Shown here: positions 6,832-15,460 of the stretch, piece after piece
Layout: each line of letters begins with the position of its first letter
Numbering within the stretch: the first letter of the stretch is position 1
Sequence record: MH713599.1
Direction: 5' to 3' (one strand)
DNA from: Acinetobacter phage KARL-1
Length of the DNA: 24,000 nt
The notes under the pieces: generated by a model
What the model was told of the DNA's origin: nothing
Seen by the model: the letters and a program-made list of their open reading frames with translations, nothing else
Database searches by the model: none
Program-made: the position numbers and the translations under genes

Positions 6832-7839
6832 ATGTCTTTCATTAAATATTCAAGCCTTGAAAACCACACTAACGATAAATTCATTCGCCAATGTTTTGAT
6901 GCTATTGCACTGGGTGAAGGTTCAGTCAACACAGAATTTGTAGCTCGTGAAAAAATTCATGGCACAAACTTCTCGGTTGTCATTACAGCGGACTCTATCA
7001 AACCTGCAAAACGTTCAGGTTTCATTGGTGAAACTGAAAAATTCTTCGGATATGAAGATCTAATGAAAGACTTGATTGACGTATTTGAAGCAATTCAAAG
7101 TGATCTTGTTGCTAACGTGCCTTCATTCAAAAGTATGCAAATCTTTGGTGAATATGCAGGTGAAGGAATCCAGAAAGAAGTTGATTATGGCCCTAAATCA
7201 TTCTATGTATTTGACATCTATATGGATGCACCAGATGCAGGGTTTTCACATGGATGGTGGGCTGATGATAAAGTTCAAGAATTCTGCGATTATCGTGGAT
7301 TGAAAATTGCTCCATTAATTGCTCGTGGTACACTTGAACAACTTTTGAAATTACCGGTTGAATTCGATTCTATCGTACCATCATTGACATGGGAAAATAT
7401 GTATAGCGTTCACCCACAACCTGCTCCTAAAGATAATGTTGCAGAAGGCCTTGTCATCAAGCCAAATACTCCAATGTTCTTGCGTAGTGGATCTCGCCTT
7501 GCGATCAAATATAAAACTGACAAGTTTAAAGAAAAAGGCAAATCAAAACTTCCTAAAATCCCTACGCCGTTACCGCCTGAAGACTTAGAACTCTTGAGCA
7601 AATTCAGTGAATATGTTACTAAAGCTCGTATCTCGAATGTTGTTTCTCACATTGGTGAAGTGTCAACTAAAGACTTTGGCAAAGTAATGGGTCTTACAAT
7701 GAAAGATATTTTTGAAGAAGCCGAACGTGAAGGTCTTACTTTGAATGCAGCTCAGCAACCTTCAAAATTCAAAGCAGAATTGCAGAAAATTGTTACCACT
7801 GAAATTCGAGAAATTTGGTTGGATTTAATCCAAAAATAA
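6832..7839 (+). CDS. rnlB: RNA ligase 2 (Rnl2 family)
   Basis: KYSSLENHTNDKFI, FVAREKIHGTNFSVV (nucleotidyltransferase motif I KxHGTN), QIFGEYAGEGIQKEVDYG, AEGLVIKPN, LAIKYKTDKFKEKGKS, GEVSTKDFGKVMGLTMKDIFEEAEREG match T4 Rnl2. Confidence 0.95.
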   Translation: MSFIKYSSLENHTNDKFIRQCFDAIALGEGSVNTEFVAREKIHGTNFSVVITADSIKPAKRSGFIGETEKFFGYEDLMKDLIDVFEAIQSDLVANVPSFKSMQIFGEYAGEGIQKEVDYGPKSFYVFDIYMDAPDAGFSHGWWADDKVQEFCDYRGLKIAPLIARGTLEQLLKLPVEFDSIVPSLTWENMYSVHPQPAPKDNVAEGLVIKPNTPMFLRSGSRLAIKYKTDKFKEKGKSKLPKIPTPLPPEDLELLSKFSEYVTKARISNVVSHIGEVSTKDFGKVMGLTMKDIFEEAEREGLTLNAAQQPSKFKAELQKIVTTEIREIWLDLIQK

Positions 7840-7852
7840 TTCATTTTTAATG

Positions 7853-7881
7853 TTTACATGAGATAGAACCGTTGTTATAAT
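7853..7881 (+). promoter_or_regulatory. early promoter
   Basis: TTTACA (7853-7858) - 17 nt - TATAAT (7876-7881). Confidence 0.75.
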
Positions 7882-7891
7882 GGTTCTATCT
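7861..7891 (+). repeat. 10-bp perfect inverted repeat whose loop contains the promoter -10
   Basis: AGATAGAACC-GTTGTTATAAT-GGTTCTATCT. Confidence 0.75.
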
Positions 7892-7913
7892 TAAATCAAA
7901 TGAGTAAATTAAT

Positions 7914-8075
7914 ATGAAGATCAATTTAACAAATGGCCTTATTCGTGTAATTGAAGCAGTAGAACAATTGCCAGCAAATACCGTATTTGGCATGGGTGAA
8001 TATAAAACTTGCGTTATTGGCAAAACTCTAGGCTGGACTAAAGAAGCTCGTAAAGTTTTGAGTGAACTGGTATGA
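7914..8075 (+). CDS. small hypothetical protein (53 aa)
   Basis: MKINLTNGLIRVIEAVEQLPANTVFGMGEYKTCVIGKTLGWTKEARKVLSELV*; overlaps next start (GTATGAC). Not in supplied track (<60 aa). Confidence 0.65.
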   Translation: MKINLTNGLIRVIEAVEQLPANTVFGMGEYKTCVIGKTLGWTKEARKVLSELV

Positions 8076-8413
8076 CGCCGGTTCAGTTGGGAGTAGTATG
8101 GTTACTTGTTGCCATTGTAACCGACGTTGTCTCAACGATTTATATGGCTAAGGCAGATGGATTTAATAATATTGTACCTTTGGTGATTGGTGCTGCATTA
8201 TACGCCGGATCATTTATTGCTTGTGTTATTGCATTGAAATATATACAAGCTGGAATTTTATATGTCATGTGGTCAGGCCTTGGAGCCATTGCCACCGCAT
8301 TTCTAGCTAAAGCAATGCTTAATCAAAACTTAGATGTTGGAGCTTGGGTTGGATTGGTCTTCATTTCTGTAGGACTTGCAATCATTGCACAGTACTCAAA
8401 CATTGGTATTTAA
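8072..8413 (+). CDS. small multidrug resistance (SMR/EmrE-like) transporter family membrane protein
   Basis: 113 aa, four hydrophobic segments; ALKYIQAGILYVMWSGLGAI resembles TLAYIPTGIAYAIWSGVGIV of EmrE. Confidence 0.8.
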   Translation: MTPVQLGVVWLLVAIVTDVVSTIYMAKADGFNNIVPLVIGAALYAGSFIACVIALKYIQAGILYVMWSGLGAIATAFLAKAMLNQNLDVGAWVGLVFISVGLAIIAQYSNIGI

Positions 8414-8423
8414 TGGAGATACT

Positions 8424-8507
8424 ATGTTTCCAGAGTATAACTGGTCATCTGGATTCCTTATAGGAATAATTATTATGGCTTGTGGTTTAATTGTTTATTT
8501 CAACTAA
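8424..8507 (+). CDS. tiny membrane peptide (27 aa)
   Basis: GGAG upstream; MFPEYNWSSGFLIGIIIMACGLIVYFN*. Confidence 0.4.
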   Translation: MFPEYNWSSGFLIGIIIMACGLIVYFN

Positions 8508-8516
8508 GGCAAACTT

Positions 8517-9053
8517 ATGAAACTTAAAAAATCTGTTGCAATGCTTATTGTCCCGGCTTTCGTTTTAGCCGGATGTACAAAAGATGATTCTGTTGCTGTG
8601 GCAGAAAGTGTAGCTCAAACTCCTGAAGGTGCATTTGTTCAAGTCGCAGATACACTTAACAAATCATATGAAGAAGCTAAATCAAAAGGTTATACTGGCA
8701 CATATGAAGATTGGGTAAAATTACTTGAACTCCATAAAACTGATCCTGCTGCCGCATCTAAAGCTGCATCTGATTCTGGGTTCTCTGGTATGGATATGCT
8801 AATGGCTGGTGCCATGGGTATGATGCTTGGCAATATGATGTCTAATGGCTCATATAATTCATATAAAGAACGACAGCGTTCAATGGGCTCAAGTGCATAT
8901 GTTCCACCAGCTCGTAGTACTTTAAATTCATATCGTGCAACAGAATCTCGGGCCGCATCTGCTCGAGCTGCCACATCTCGAAGTACATCAGTCTCACGTA
9001 GTACTTCAGTGTCTCGTGGTGGTTTTGGTGGTGCTGTATCTTCTGGTGGTTAA
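8517..9053 (+). CDS. predicted lipoprotein with Ser/Arg-rich C-terminus
   Basis: N-terminal MKLKKSVAMLIVPAFVLAGCTKDD contains a lipobox (LAGC); C-terminus SRSTSVSRSTSVSRGGFGGAVSSGG resembles YgiB/DUF1190-type lipoproteins. Confidence 0.75.
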   Translation: MKLKKSVAMLIVPAFVLAGCTKDDSVAVAESVAQTPEGAFVQVADTLNKSYEEAKSKGYTGTYEDWVKLLELHKTDPAAASKAASDSGFSGMDMLMAGAMGMMLGNMMSNGSYNSYKERQRSMGSSAYVPPARSTLNSYRATESRAASARAATSRSTSVSRSTSVSRGGFGGAVSSGG

Positions 9054-9059
9054 TTAATT

Positions 9060-9075
9060 TGGGACTTCGGTCCCA
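9060..9075 (+). terminator. short UUCG hairpin
   Basis: TGGGAC-TTCG-GTCCCA just after the lipoprotein stop; weak T-tract. Confidence 0.4.
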
Positions 9076-9087
9076 TTTGGAGGTTTT

Positions 9088-9372
9088 ATGAGTAAGTTAA
9101 ATAATGGACAGATGATATTCTGTTTAATTGTTGGAATTGTTATCGCATTGAGTATTTTTGTAATGCAACGCCCAAAGGCAAATCCGGGATATACGCCTGC
9201 TGGCACAGTTACACTCAAATGTTTATCACTTTTAGGCGATTCAATTGTTACATATACAGGTAACGATAGTTCTATTACCTGGTATTCTGATGGTACGTAT
9301 GTTAGTTTAACATTGGCTGATCGTTATATGAAAATCCCTCAACATCGTTGTGAATATACTAAATTTAGATAA
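9088..9372 (+). CDS. small secreted or membrane-anchored hypothetical protein
   Basis: N-terminal MSKLNNGQMIFCLIVGIVIALSIFVMQ hydrophobic segment, 94 aa. Confidence 0.65.
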   Translation: MSKLNNGQMIFCLIVGIVIALSIFVMQRPKANPGYTPAGTVTLKCLSLLGDSIVTYTGNDSSITWYSDGTYVSLTLADRYMKIPQHRCEYTKFR

Positions 9373-9376
9373 ATAG

Positions 9377-9405
9377 TTTACATCGCCAATAATATTGTTT
9401 AAAAT
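9377..9405 (+). promoter_or_regulatory. early promoter
   Basis: TTTACA (9377-9382) - 17 nt - TAAAAT (9400-9405). Confidence 0.6.
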
Positions 9406-9435
9406 ATTTCCATACACTACGACTTGAGTAAAAAT

Positions 9436-10704
9436 ATGAAACGACATACTAATTTTGAAATTCGTCCTAATCATGGCGAGCTTTTAGAAGGAATTGGCTT
9501 CAATTATTGGAATGCTCCATCCGGTCCTGAAGGTGCACCGTATTGGCAAGAAGGTGTAGTGTATGGCATGTCAGAAAGTGAAATTGATCGCATTCAAGCC
9601 GCAACACAAGAACTTCATGATATGTCATGTGCAATGGTAGAGCAAATGGTCACGGCTGGAGATTACCCTGAATACTTCAACTTGGATGAAAATTCAATTC
9701 CGTTAATTGAACAATCATGGAAACGTGGCGACAAATCATTATATGGGCGTTTTGACCTTGCATTTGGCTGGGACAATTCATTGAAAATGTTTGAATACAA
9801 TGGCGATACACCAGTTTCAATTCTTGAGTGTTCTGTTGCACAATGGAATTATATCGAAGGTATGAAGAAACTTCCTGATGGAAGAGATTATCCTGACGAT
9901 CTGCGCATTCAATATAATCTTATTGATGAAACTCTTCAAGAAGTATGGCAATCTCGATTTAAACCAGGCGAATTAGTTCATTTTGCATCAAGTGGTGGAT
10001 TCCGCCATGAAGACTTTGGCAATTTAGTTTATTTGATGGATTCTGCACTTCGAGCAGGATTATCAGTCAAAGAACTGCAAATGCAAGACATTGGCCTTTT
10101 GAAAGAACGTATTGGCACTGGTCCGGAAACTAAATCGTTCATTGATCTTCAAGACCAAGAGATCAAAAATTGTTTTAAACTTTATCCTTGGGAATGGATG
10201 ACTGAAGAGAAATTTGGATCTGACATTCTTGATTGCACTAATACACAATGGATGGAACCTGCATGGAAAATGTTACTTTCAAACAAAGCAATGCTTGTTA
10301 AATTATGGCAAATGTTCCCTAATCATCCTAACTTGTTAGCAAGCTTTGATGGGAACCATCGTCCTAAATCTGGACAGTACGCTAAGAAAGCAATTCATGG
10401 ACGTGAAGGTTCAAATATTTATCGTTCACAATTTTGTTCAGGCGAAGAGCTTAGTCATTTAGCACCCGGATCGCACAAAGTGCCTGAATATGATCACTGG
10501 GGCTATATGTATCAACAATGGCATGATATTCAACCACATGACGGTTATTATCCTATCATCGGTTCATGGATAATTGGCGACAAAGCGTGTGGTATGTCTA
10601 TTCGAGAAGATCGAAATCTTGTCACAGGTATGGACGCATTTTTTGCAAGCCATTTCTTTGTACCGGAAGATCTAGAGAATAAATATTTGGAGTTATGGAA
10701 ATGA
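9436..10704 (+). CDS. glutathionylspermidine synthase-like ATP-grasp family protein (YgiC/YjfC type)
   Basis: EGIGFNYWNAPSGPEGAPYWQEGVVYGMSESEIDRIQAATQELHDMSC, YGRFDLAFGWDNSLKMFEYNGDTPVSILECSVAQWNY, MEPAWKMLLSNKAMLVKLWQMFPNHPNLLASF, PIIGSWIIGDKACGMSIRE. Confidence 0.88.
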   Translation: MKRHTNFEIRPNHGELLEGIGFNYWNAPSGPEGAPYWQEGVVYGMSESEIDRIQAATQELHDMSCAMVEQMVTAGDYPEYFNLDENSIPLIEQSWKRGDKSLYGRFDLAFGWDNSLKMFEYNGDTPVSILECSVAQWNYIEGMKKLPDGRDYPDDLRIQYNLIDETLQEVWQSRFKPGELVHFASSGGFRHEDFGNLVYLMDSALRAGLSVKELQMQDIGLLKERIGTGPETKSFIDLQDQEIKNCFKLYPWEWMTEEKFGSDILDCTNTQWMEPAWKMLLSNKAMLVKLWQMFPNHPNLLASFDGNHRPKSGQYAKKAIHGREGSNIYRSQFCSGEELSHLAPGSHKVPEYDHWGYMYQQWHDIQPHDGYYPIIGSWIIGDKACGMSIREDRNLVTGMDAFFASHFFVPEDLENKYLELWK

Positions 10705-10826
10705 AAGGTAAACGTAATCCGATCGCAAAAGCTGTCAGAACACCTGCATTTAAAATGCAGGTTGTAAAAGACAAATCAAAATACTATCGCAAAGATAAAT
10801 TTAAAAAGGACCTCAGGGTCCTTTAA
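10701..10826 (+). CDS. small basic hypothetical protein (41 aa)
   Basis: ATGA overlap with previous gene; MKGKRNPIAKAVRTPAFKMQVVKDKSKYYRKDKFKKDLRVL*. Confidence 0.55.
   Translation: MKGKRNPIAKAVRTPAFKMQVVKDKSKYYRKDKFKKDLRVL
10805..10824 (+). terminator. rho-independent-like terminator overlapping the 3' end of the 41-aa ORF
   Basis: AAAGGACC-TCAG-GGTCCTTT followed by AATTTT. Confidence 0.7.
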
Positions 10827-10854
10827 TTTTGTCTAAATTTTTTGCATTTAAATG

Positions 10855-10883
10855 TTTACTTTCAAATCAATGTTTAGTATAAT
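10855..10883 (+). promoter_or_regulatory. early promoter for rIIA block
   Basis: TTTACT (10855-10860) - 17 nt - TATAAT (10878-10883), followed by AGTCATATCAAAT. Confidence 0.75.
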
Positions 10884-10918
10884 AGTCATATCAAATATAT
10901 CCCATTGAGTAAATTGAA

Positions 10919-11119
10919 ATGAAAATTGACATAAACAACCTACGCACTGCAATTAAACACCATCACCATGCAATGGAACGTTTCTTTGATGAACATCAAG
11001 CTGCGATCGATCGTAACTTGAACCTCGAAATGGTAGCTCGTTTAGAAGCTGGAGTTAACACTGAAGAAGACGTTCGTCGTGCGGTAGAATTACTCGATCA
11101 ATATAAACACACCTTTTAA
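10919..11119 (+). CDS. hypothetical protein
   Basis: 66 aa ORF downstream of early promoter. Confidence 0.7.
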   Translation: MKIDINNLRTAIKHHHHAMERFFDEHQAAIDRNLNLEMVARLEAGVNTEEDVRRAVELLDQYKHTF

Positions 11120-11139
11120 TATGAAGTGAGATATTTATC

Positions 11140-13353
11140 ATGCAATTTAATAACCAAAATGAAGTTATTCTTGGAAATTCAGGTGATGCTCACAAGTTTA
11201 GCATAAGTACTTCTGCTAAGGCCTTTCAGATTTTGTCAAGTGGTATCTACAAACACAAAATTCGTGCTGTAGTTCGTGAAGTTGTTTGTAATGCTATGGA
11301 TGCTCATCTACTTAATGGTACCAAGGCTAAATGGCAGGTCAAAGCTCCTAATGAACTTGATCCGCGATTTGTAGTTCGAGATTATGGTCCTGGCCTTAGC
11401 CATGATGATATGATCACAATTTACACTCAATACTTCAAATCACTTAAAACTGATCGTGGTGATCTTACTGGCGGATTTGGACTAGGTGCTAAGTCGCCGT
11501 TCTCATATACAGACACATTTAACGTAACGTCATTCTTTGAAGGAACAGTACGAATTTATACTGCTGCATTGTCAAATGGCGAGCCACAAATCATGAAAGT
11601 GTTTGAAGGGCCATTTGAGGAAGGCGATAAATCCGGTATCGAAGTCACAGTCCCAGTTAGAGCACTTGATATTAATTCATGGCACTCAGAAATTCGTCGA
11701 ATTTTGGCGCCATTTGATCCAGATGTATATGAATTATCTGGCGCTAATCTTAATGTCCCGAGTTTCAAAAATTTCGAAACGTATAGTGACGATTATTTCT
11801 TTACACGTTGCAACGAATCTGTTGATGGGCCTGGTGTATATGCGATTTGTGGCAATATTGTATATCCTTTAGAAGGCACACCAGGAATGAAAACTTCTTG
11901 GTTAAATGCCACTGCACGAGTAACATATGTTCATTTTCCTATTAATGAATTGATGCCACAGCCATCACGTGAAGAACTCCAAATGGACGAATTTACAATC
12001 AACAATATTGTAAAACGTGTAAACAAAATCAATGATGATTTAATGGCATCGGATATTGCTTCACTTCATGAAATCAAATATGAACGAAAACTAGCTCGTG
12101 AATTGTCGCGAATGGCAGGCACAAAACATAATGTGCTAATGGCATCAGGCATCAAATTCTTGAATGGCACTGTTACTGCAGAAACCGCTGGAAAGGTAGG
12201 AGAGCACCCTAATCTACAACGTGAACTGTCTCATGCGCGAATTTATGAAACAAGTTCATATTCGCCTCGAGTCAAAAAGCCTGTTGACAACTTAGTGATG
12301 TATCGTCGTCATAAAGTTTCAGAAATTCGATTGTCTGACCTTATTGACTATAGACGTGAGTATATTCATTTCTTGATTGACGACGGTGTAAGTGCAAAGA
12401 AAGTTCGTGACATCATCAAGGCGATGGCAGCAAATCCAAGCAAAAATTATCCACGAATCAATGAACCGGTTATTGTTGTACGACGTTCTAATCCTGTTGA
12501 AATGGCACTCATTGATACATTTAAGGAAATCTATCAAGGTGATGAAGTCAGAATTCTCAACACAACCGATCTTGAGCCACTTCGCAAATCAATGGAAGTA
12601 AAGGCTGAAAAGATTGATAAACCACGTGAGAAACGTCCTGCTTCAGCGAATGTCATAGTGACAAAGTACAATAAACATACAAACAGATACGACTATGAGG
12701 AGTTATTCTTAACTTCTTCTGAAATCGATGAACTATCTGGATTCTGCATAGGCAGTTATAATTCTGATCCTACTGCGTTATGCACACAATTTGGATTTAT
12801 TGATGGCATCGAATTAGAGCCATTAAAACGGCTGGCATATAAGTTTGGCATCAAGACGTTGTATCAAATTCGCCCTTCTGCATATAAGCGAGCATTAAAG
12901 AACCTGGGCCTCAAATGTGCAGTAGAACATATTTTCAAAGGCGTTATTGAGTTGGTGAATTCAACAGATTGTGACTCATATTGTTATCGTCAAACTCATG
13001 ATAGATTACACATTAACATCATGAGTAAAAAGATGTTAAATGTACTATACTCTTATGCGTGTGGAGCTAATACTGAGGAGTTCGACAAGTTCTACAAAAT
13101 CATGCAAGTAGCCGATAGAATTCGCATCAAATCTGAAAGTGATTTGTATGAAGAGTATATTCAATCATTGATCTCATATCGTGCTAACTACTCTGCAGCC
13201 AGAAATAGATTTAGCAAATTTGAAGAAAAGTTAGCACATGAACATCCTATGGTGTACTATGTTCTCAAAAATTGTTATAACATTACAGATCTAATGGCAA
13301 AAGATATTTTGAACAACTTAGGAATTAAGAATGAAGCTGATACTTCTGATTGA
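11140..13353 (+). CDS. rIIA: rIIA-like protein (GHKL-ATPase fold)
   Basis: VVREVVCNAMDAHL, VRDYGPGLSHDD, GGFGLGAKSPFSYTDTFNV GHKL motifs; size and position directly before rIIB. Confidence 0.92.
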   Translation: MQFNNQNEVILGNSGDAHKFSISTSAKAFQILSSGIYKHKIRAVVREVVCNAMDAHLLNGTKAKWQVKAPNELDPRFVVRDYGPGLSHDDMITIYTQYFKSLKTDRGDLTGGFGLGAKSPFSYTDTFNVTSFFEGTVRIYTAALSNGEPQIMKVFEGPFEEGDKSGIEVTVPVRALDINSWHSEIRRILAPFDPDVYELSGANLNVPSFKNFETYSDDYFFTRCNESVDGPGVYAICGNIVYPLEGTPGMKTSWLNATARVTYVHFPINELMPQPSREELQMDEFTINNIVKRVNKINDDLMASDIASLHEIKYERKLARELSRMAGTKHNVLMASGIKFLNGTVTAETAGKVGEHPNLQRELSHARIYETSSYSPRVKKPVDNLVMYRRHKVSEIRLSDLIDYRREYIHFLIDDGVSAKKVRDIIKAMAANPSKNYPRINEPVIVVRRSNPVEMALIDTFKEIYQGDEVRILNTTDLEPLRKSMEVKAEKIDKPREKRPASANVIVTKYNKHTNRYDYEELFLTSSEIDELSGFCIGSYNSDPTALCTQFGFIDGIELEPLKRLAYKFGIKTLYQIRPSAYKRALKNLGLKCAVEHIFKGVIELVNSTDCDSYCYRQTHDRLHINIMSKKMLNVLYSYACGANTEEFDKFYKIMQVADRIRIKSESDLYEEYIQSLISYRANYSAARNRFSKFEEKLAHEHPMVYYVLKNCYNITDLMAKDILNNLGIKNEADTSD

Positions 13354-13435
13354 TTTTATTGTCACCATCGTAGTGCTCTACACATGGTGGCTATATGAAT
13401 TTTTATGTAAAGAGGTTTACTTTACACTCAAATAG
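13331..13435 (+). CDS. small predicted membrane protein overlapping rIIA 3' end (34 aa)
   Basis: MKLILLIDFIVTIVVLYTWWLYEFLCKEVYFTLK*; same position as T4 rIIA.1. Confidence 0.45.
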   Translation: MKLILLIDFIVTIVVLYTWWLYEFLCKEVYFTLK

Positions 13436-13444
13436 TTATATAAT
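13416..13444 (+). promoter_or_regulatory. early promoter for rIIB
   Basis: TTTACT (13416-13421) - 17 nt - TATAAT (13439-13444). Confidence 0.75.
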
Positions 13445-13474
13445 TATTCTACACTCTTTTATAGGAAAGAAGTC

Positions 13475-14773
13475 ATGGCTAAGTTAGTTAAACATGAAAT
13501 CGCTGGATTATTAATTGGACGTGCATCAGGTGTCAAGCAAAAGACAATTGCATCTGCATTAAATTGCTCAGTTGATACCGTTCGTCGCATCCAAAACAAA
13601 TACGCAGATCAGCTTGAACTATTTGTTAAAGTTCATGGCACTGTAGGTGAAGAACTCTATGAATTAGCGGATAAAACTAAAATTCTTTATGCAAAAGGTA
13701 CAGTTTGTGCATATGAATTTATTGTAACCGGTGATCCTAAAGACGGCGTCATTTATGCAAACGACCTCTACTCCGAAAAACTTGAAGAGGGAGAAGAAAT
13801 GATGGATGACGAAAATTTCGAGAACTGGGAATTCTATGACACTGACATCGGCGTAATGAAACGGATTCGTGTCGGAAAAATTGTTATTCGCATTGAGCCT
13901 GAATATCATCGTAAAGAAGACATCAAAGATATTGCGATTGTAGATTCATCATTGCCTGAAGTTAGATTTGAAGATGACAAAAACTTTGCATTGGTGGATA
14001 ATCCAGCATATGAGTCCAATGGTCCATTCGATGACACTCACGTCTCTGGAGAAGAGGATTCTAAAGACAAATATGTAGAGGCTACATGGACTGCTTCAGC
14101 TAAATTTATCTCAATTGTAAAAGGACGCAAAACATATAATGCAGACTCGTCGCATGACAATTTCCAAGAAGCACTTCAAATGCTTATCGATGGTGACATT
14201 GAAACGGCAATTGATCTAATCAATACCGAAAGTGCAGTAACAAAATATGTCAAAGGCAACATTGAAATTAAGGATGGGCAGCTGTTCTACAAAGGATTTG
14301 AAGTTCGTTCTGGTTTAACTACACGAATCATCAATTCGATGCAAGCAGGTGAAGATTTTGAATTCTACTTGCCATTTTTAGAAAACTTGATGCTTAATCC
14401 ATCTGAACGTGCAGTTACTCGATTGTTTGACTTCTTGCAAGCAAATGATATCGAAATCACAGATGACGGATACTTTATTGCATGGAAGAAAGTTTCATCG
14501 GACTTTAAAGATCTCTATACAGGCGCAATTGATAATAGTCCTGGAAAAATTGTAGAGATGCCACGAAATATGGTAAATGAAAACGATCATGAAACCTGTT
14601 CAAATGGCTTACATGTTTGTTCGAAGTCGTATCTTGACCATTATGCAACATCATATGATTGCAAAGTAATGAAAGTTAAAGTCCATCCACGTGATGTAGT
14701 ATCAATTCCGGTTGACTACAACAATGCCAAAATGCGTACTTGCAAATATGAAGTACTTGGTGAAGCTAACTGA
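13475..14773 (+). CDS. rIIB: rIIB-like protein
   Basis: N-terminal HTH-like KQKTIASALNCSVDTVRRIQNKY; FLQANDIEITDDGYFIAWKKVSSDFKDLYTG...NGLHVCSKSYLDHY. Confidence 0.92.
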   Translation: MAKLVKHEIAGLLIGRASGVKQKTIASALNCSVDTVRRIQNKYADQLELFVKVHGTVGEELYELADKTKILYAKGTVCAYEFIVTGDPKDGVIYANDLYSEKLEEGEEMMDDENFENWEFYDTDIGVMKRIRVGKIVIRIEPEYHRKEDIKDIAIVDSSLPEVRFEDDKNFALVDNPAYESNGPFDDTHVSGEEDSKDKYVEATWTASAKFISIVKGRKTYNADSSHDNFQEALQMLIDGDIETAIDLINTESAVTKYVKGNIEIKDGQLFYKGFEVRSGLTTRIINSMQAGEDFEFYLPFLENLMLNPSERAVTRLFDFLQANDIEITDDGYFIAWKKVSSDFKDLYTGAIDNSPGKIVEMPRNMVNENDHETCSNGLHVCSKSYLDHYATSYDCKVMKVKVHPRDVVSIPVDYNNAKMRTCKYEVLGEAN

Positions 14774-14779
14774 TTGAAT

Positions 14780-14799
14780 GAGGAGCCGTAAGGCTCCTC
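14780..14799 (+). terminator. stem-loop after rIIB
   Basis: GAGGAGCC-GTAA-GGCTCCTC; lacks a strong T-tract. Confidence 0.5.
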
Positions 14800-14810
14800 T
14801 TGAGGTATCT

Positions 14811-15431
14811 ATGAAAACCAATCCAGGCTACATTAGATTAACAGAACTCAAAGAAGTTTCATTGTCGTATAAACATCTTTCAAAAGAAAGTGTTGCTAAA
14901 ATTATGGCCACTGTTGAATATTCAATAGGATTAGACCCTAATCAAGATCGCCAAGAAGTTTTAGTTCGTTGTGCCGTTGCCCAATTGGCTGAACAATATG
15001 TTGCAGAATGGCTCGAAGGATGGGTGAACCACGGTAACGAAAACTCTGATGATCCTCTTTCTTATGCATTTGATGTGTTAGGTAATATCAAATACAATGG
15101 TATTAGAGTTGAAGTAAAGACACATCAGAACCAAAAATCAAACTTCATTACGATCCATTCTAAAGGCGGTCAATACTTCTCAGACAATGGGTACCCTGGT
15201 GTTAATGTGAGACCATTCCTTGAAGCCGGCGTTGCAGATGTTATCGTAATTTTTGATGCAATCGAAAATTCTCCTGAAGCCATCTGCCTGACACCTCGTT
15301 TACTTTGTGATCCACACGCCCTAATACAGCCACGTGTAGTTAATCGCTCAAACTTTAGAAATGGTGGTTACTACATCAACGATAAGACGCTCGGACATTT
15401 GAAACACACGTTAAATATTCATACATTTTAG
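14811..15431 (+). CDS. hypothetical protein with possible PD-(D/E)XK-like nuclease motif
   Basis: SYAFDVLGNIKYNGIRVEVKTHQNQKSNF; ATG 14811 preceded by GAGG. Confidence 0.55.
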   Translation: MKTNPGYIRLTELKEVSLSYKHLSKESVAKIMATVEYSIGLDPNQDRQEVLVRCAVAQLAEQYVAEWLEGWVNHGNENSDDPLSYAFDVLGNIKYNGIRVEVKTHQNQKSNFITIHSKGGQYFSDNGYPGVNVRPFLEAGVADVIVIFDAIENSPEAICLTPRLLCDPHALIQPRVVNRSNFRNGGYYINDKTLGHLKHTLNIHTF

Positions 15432-15460
15432 TTTACAACACAAATGAATGTGTATATAAT
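15432..15460 (+). promoter_or_regulatory. early promoter
   Basis: TTTACA (15432-15437) - 17 nt - TATAAT (15455-15460), then TGTCTTATCAAA. Confidence 0.75.

Noticed and set aside
11556-12601. Alternative-frame ORFs inside rIIA (11556-11768, 11603-11872, 12319-12537, 12392-12601)
   Set aside because: Fully contained in rIIA with no recognisable protein features.
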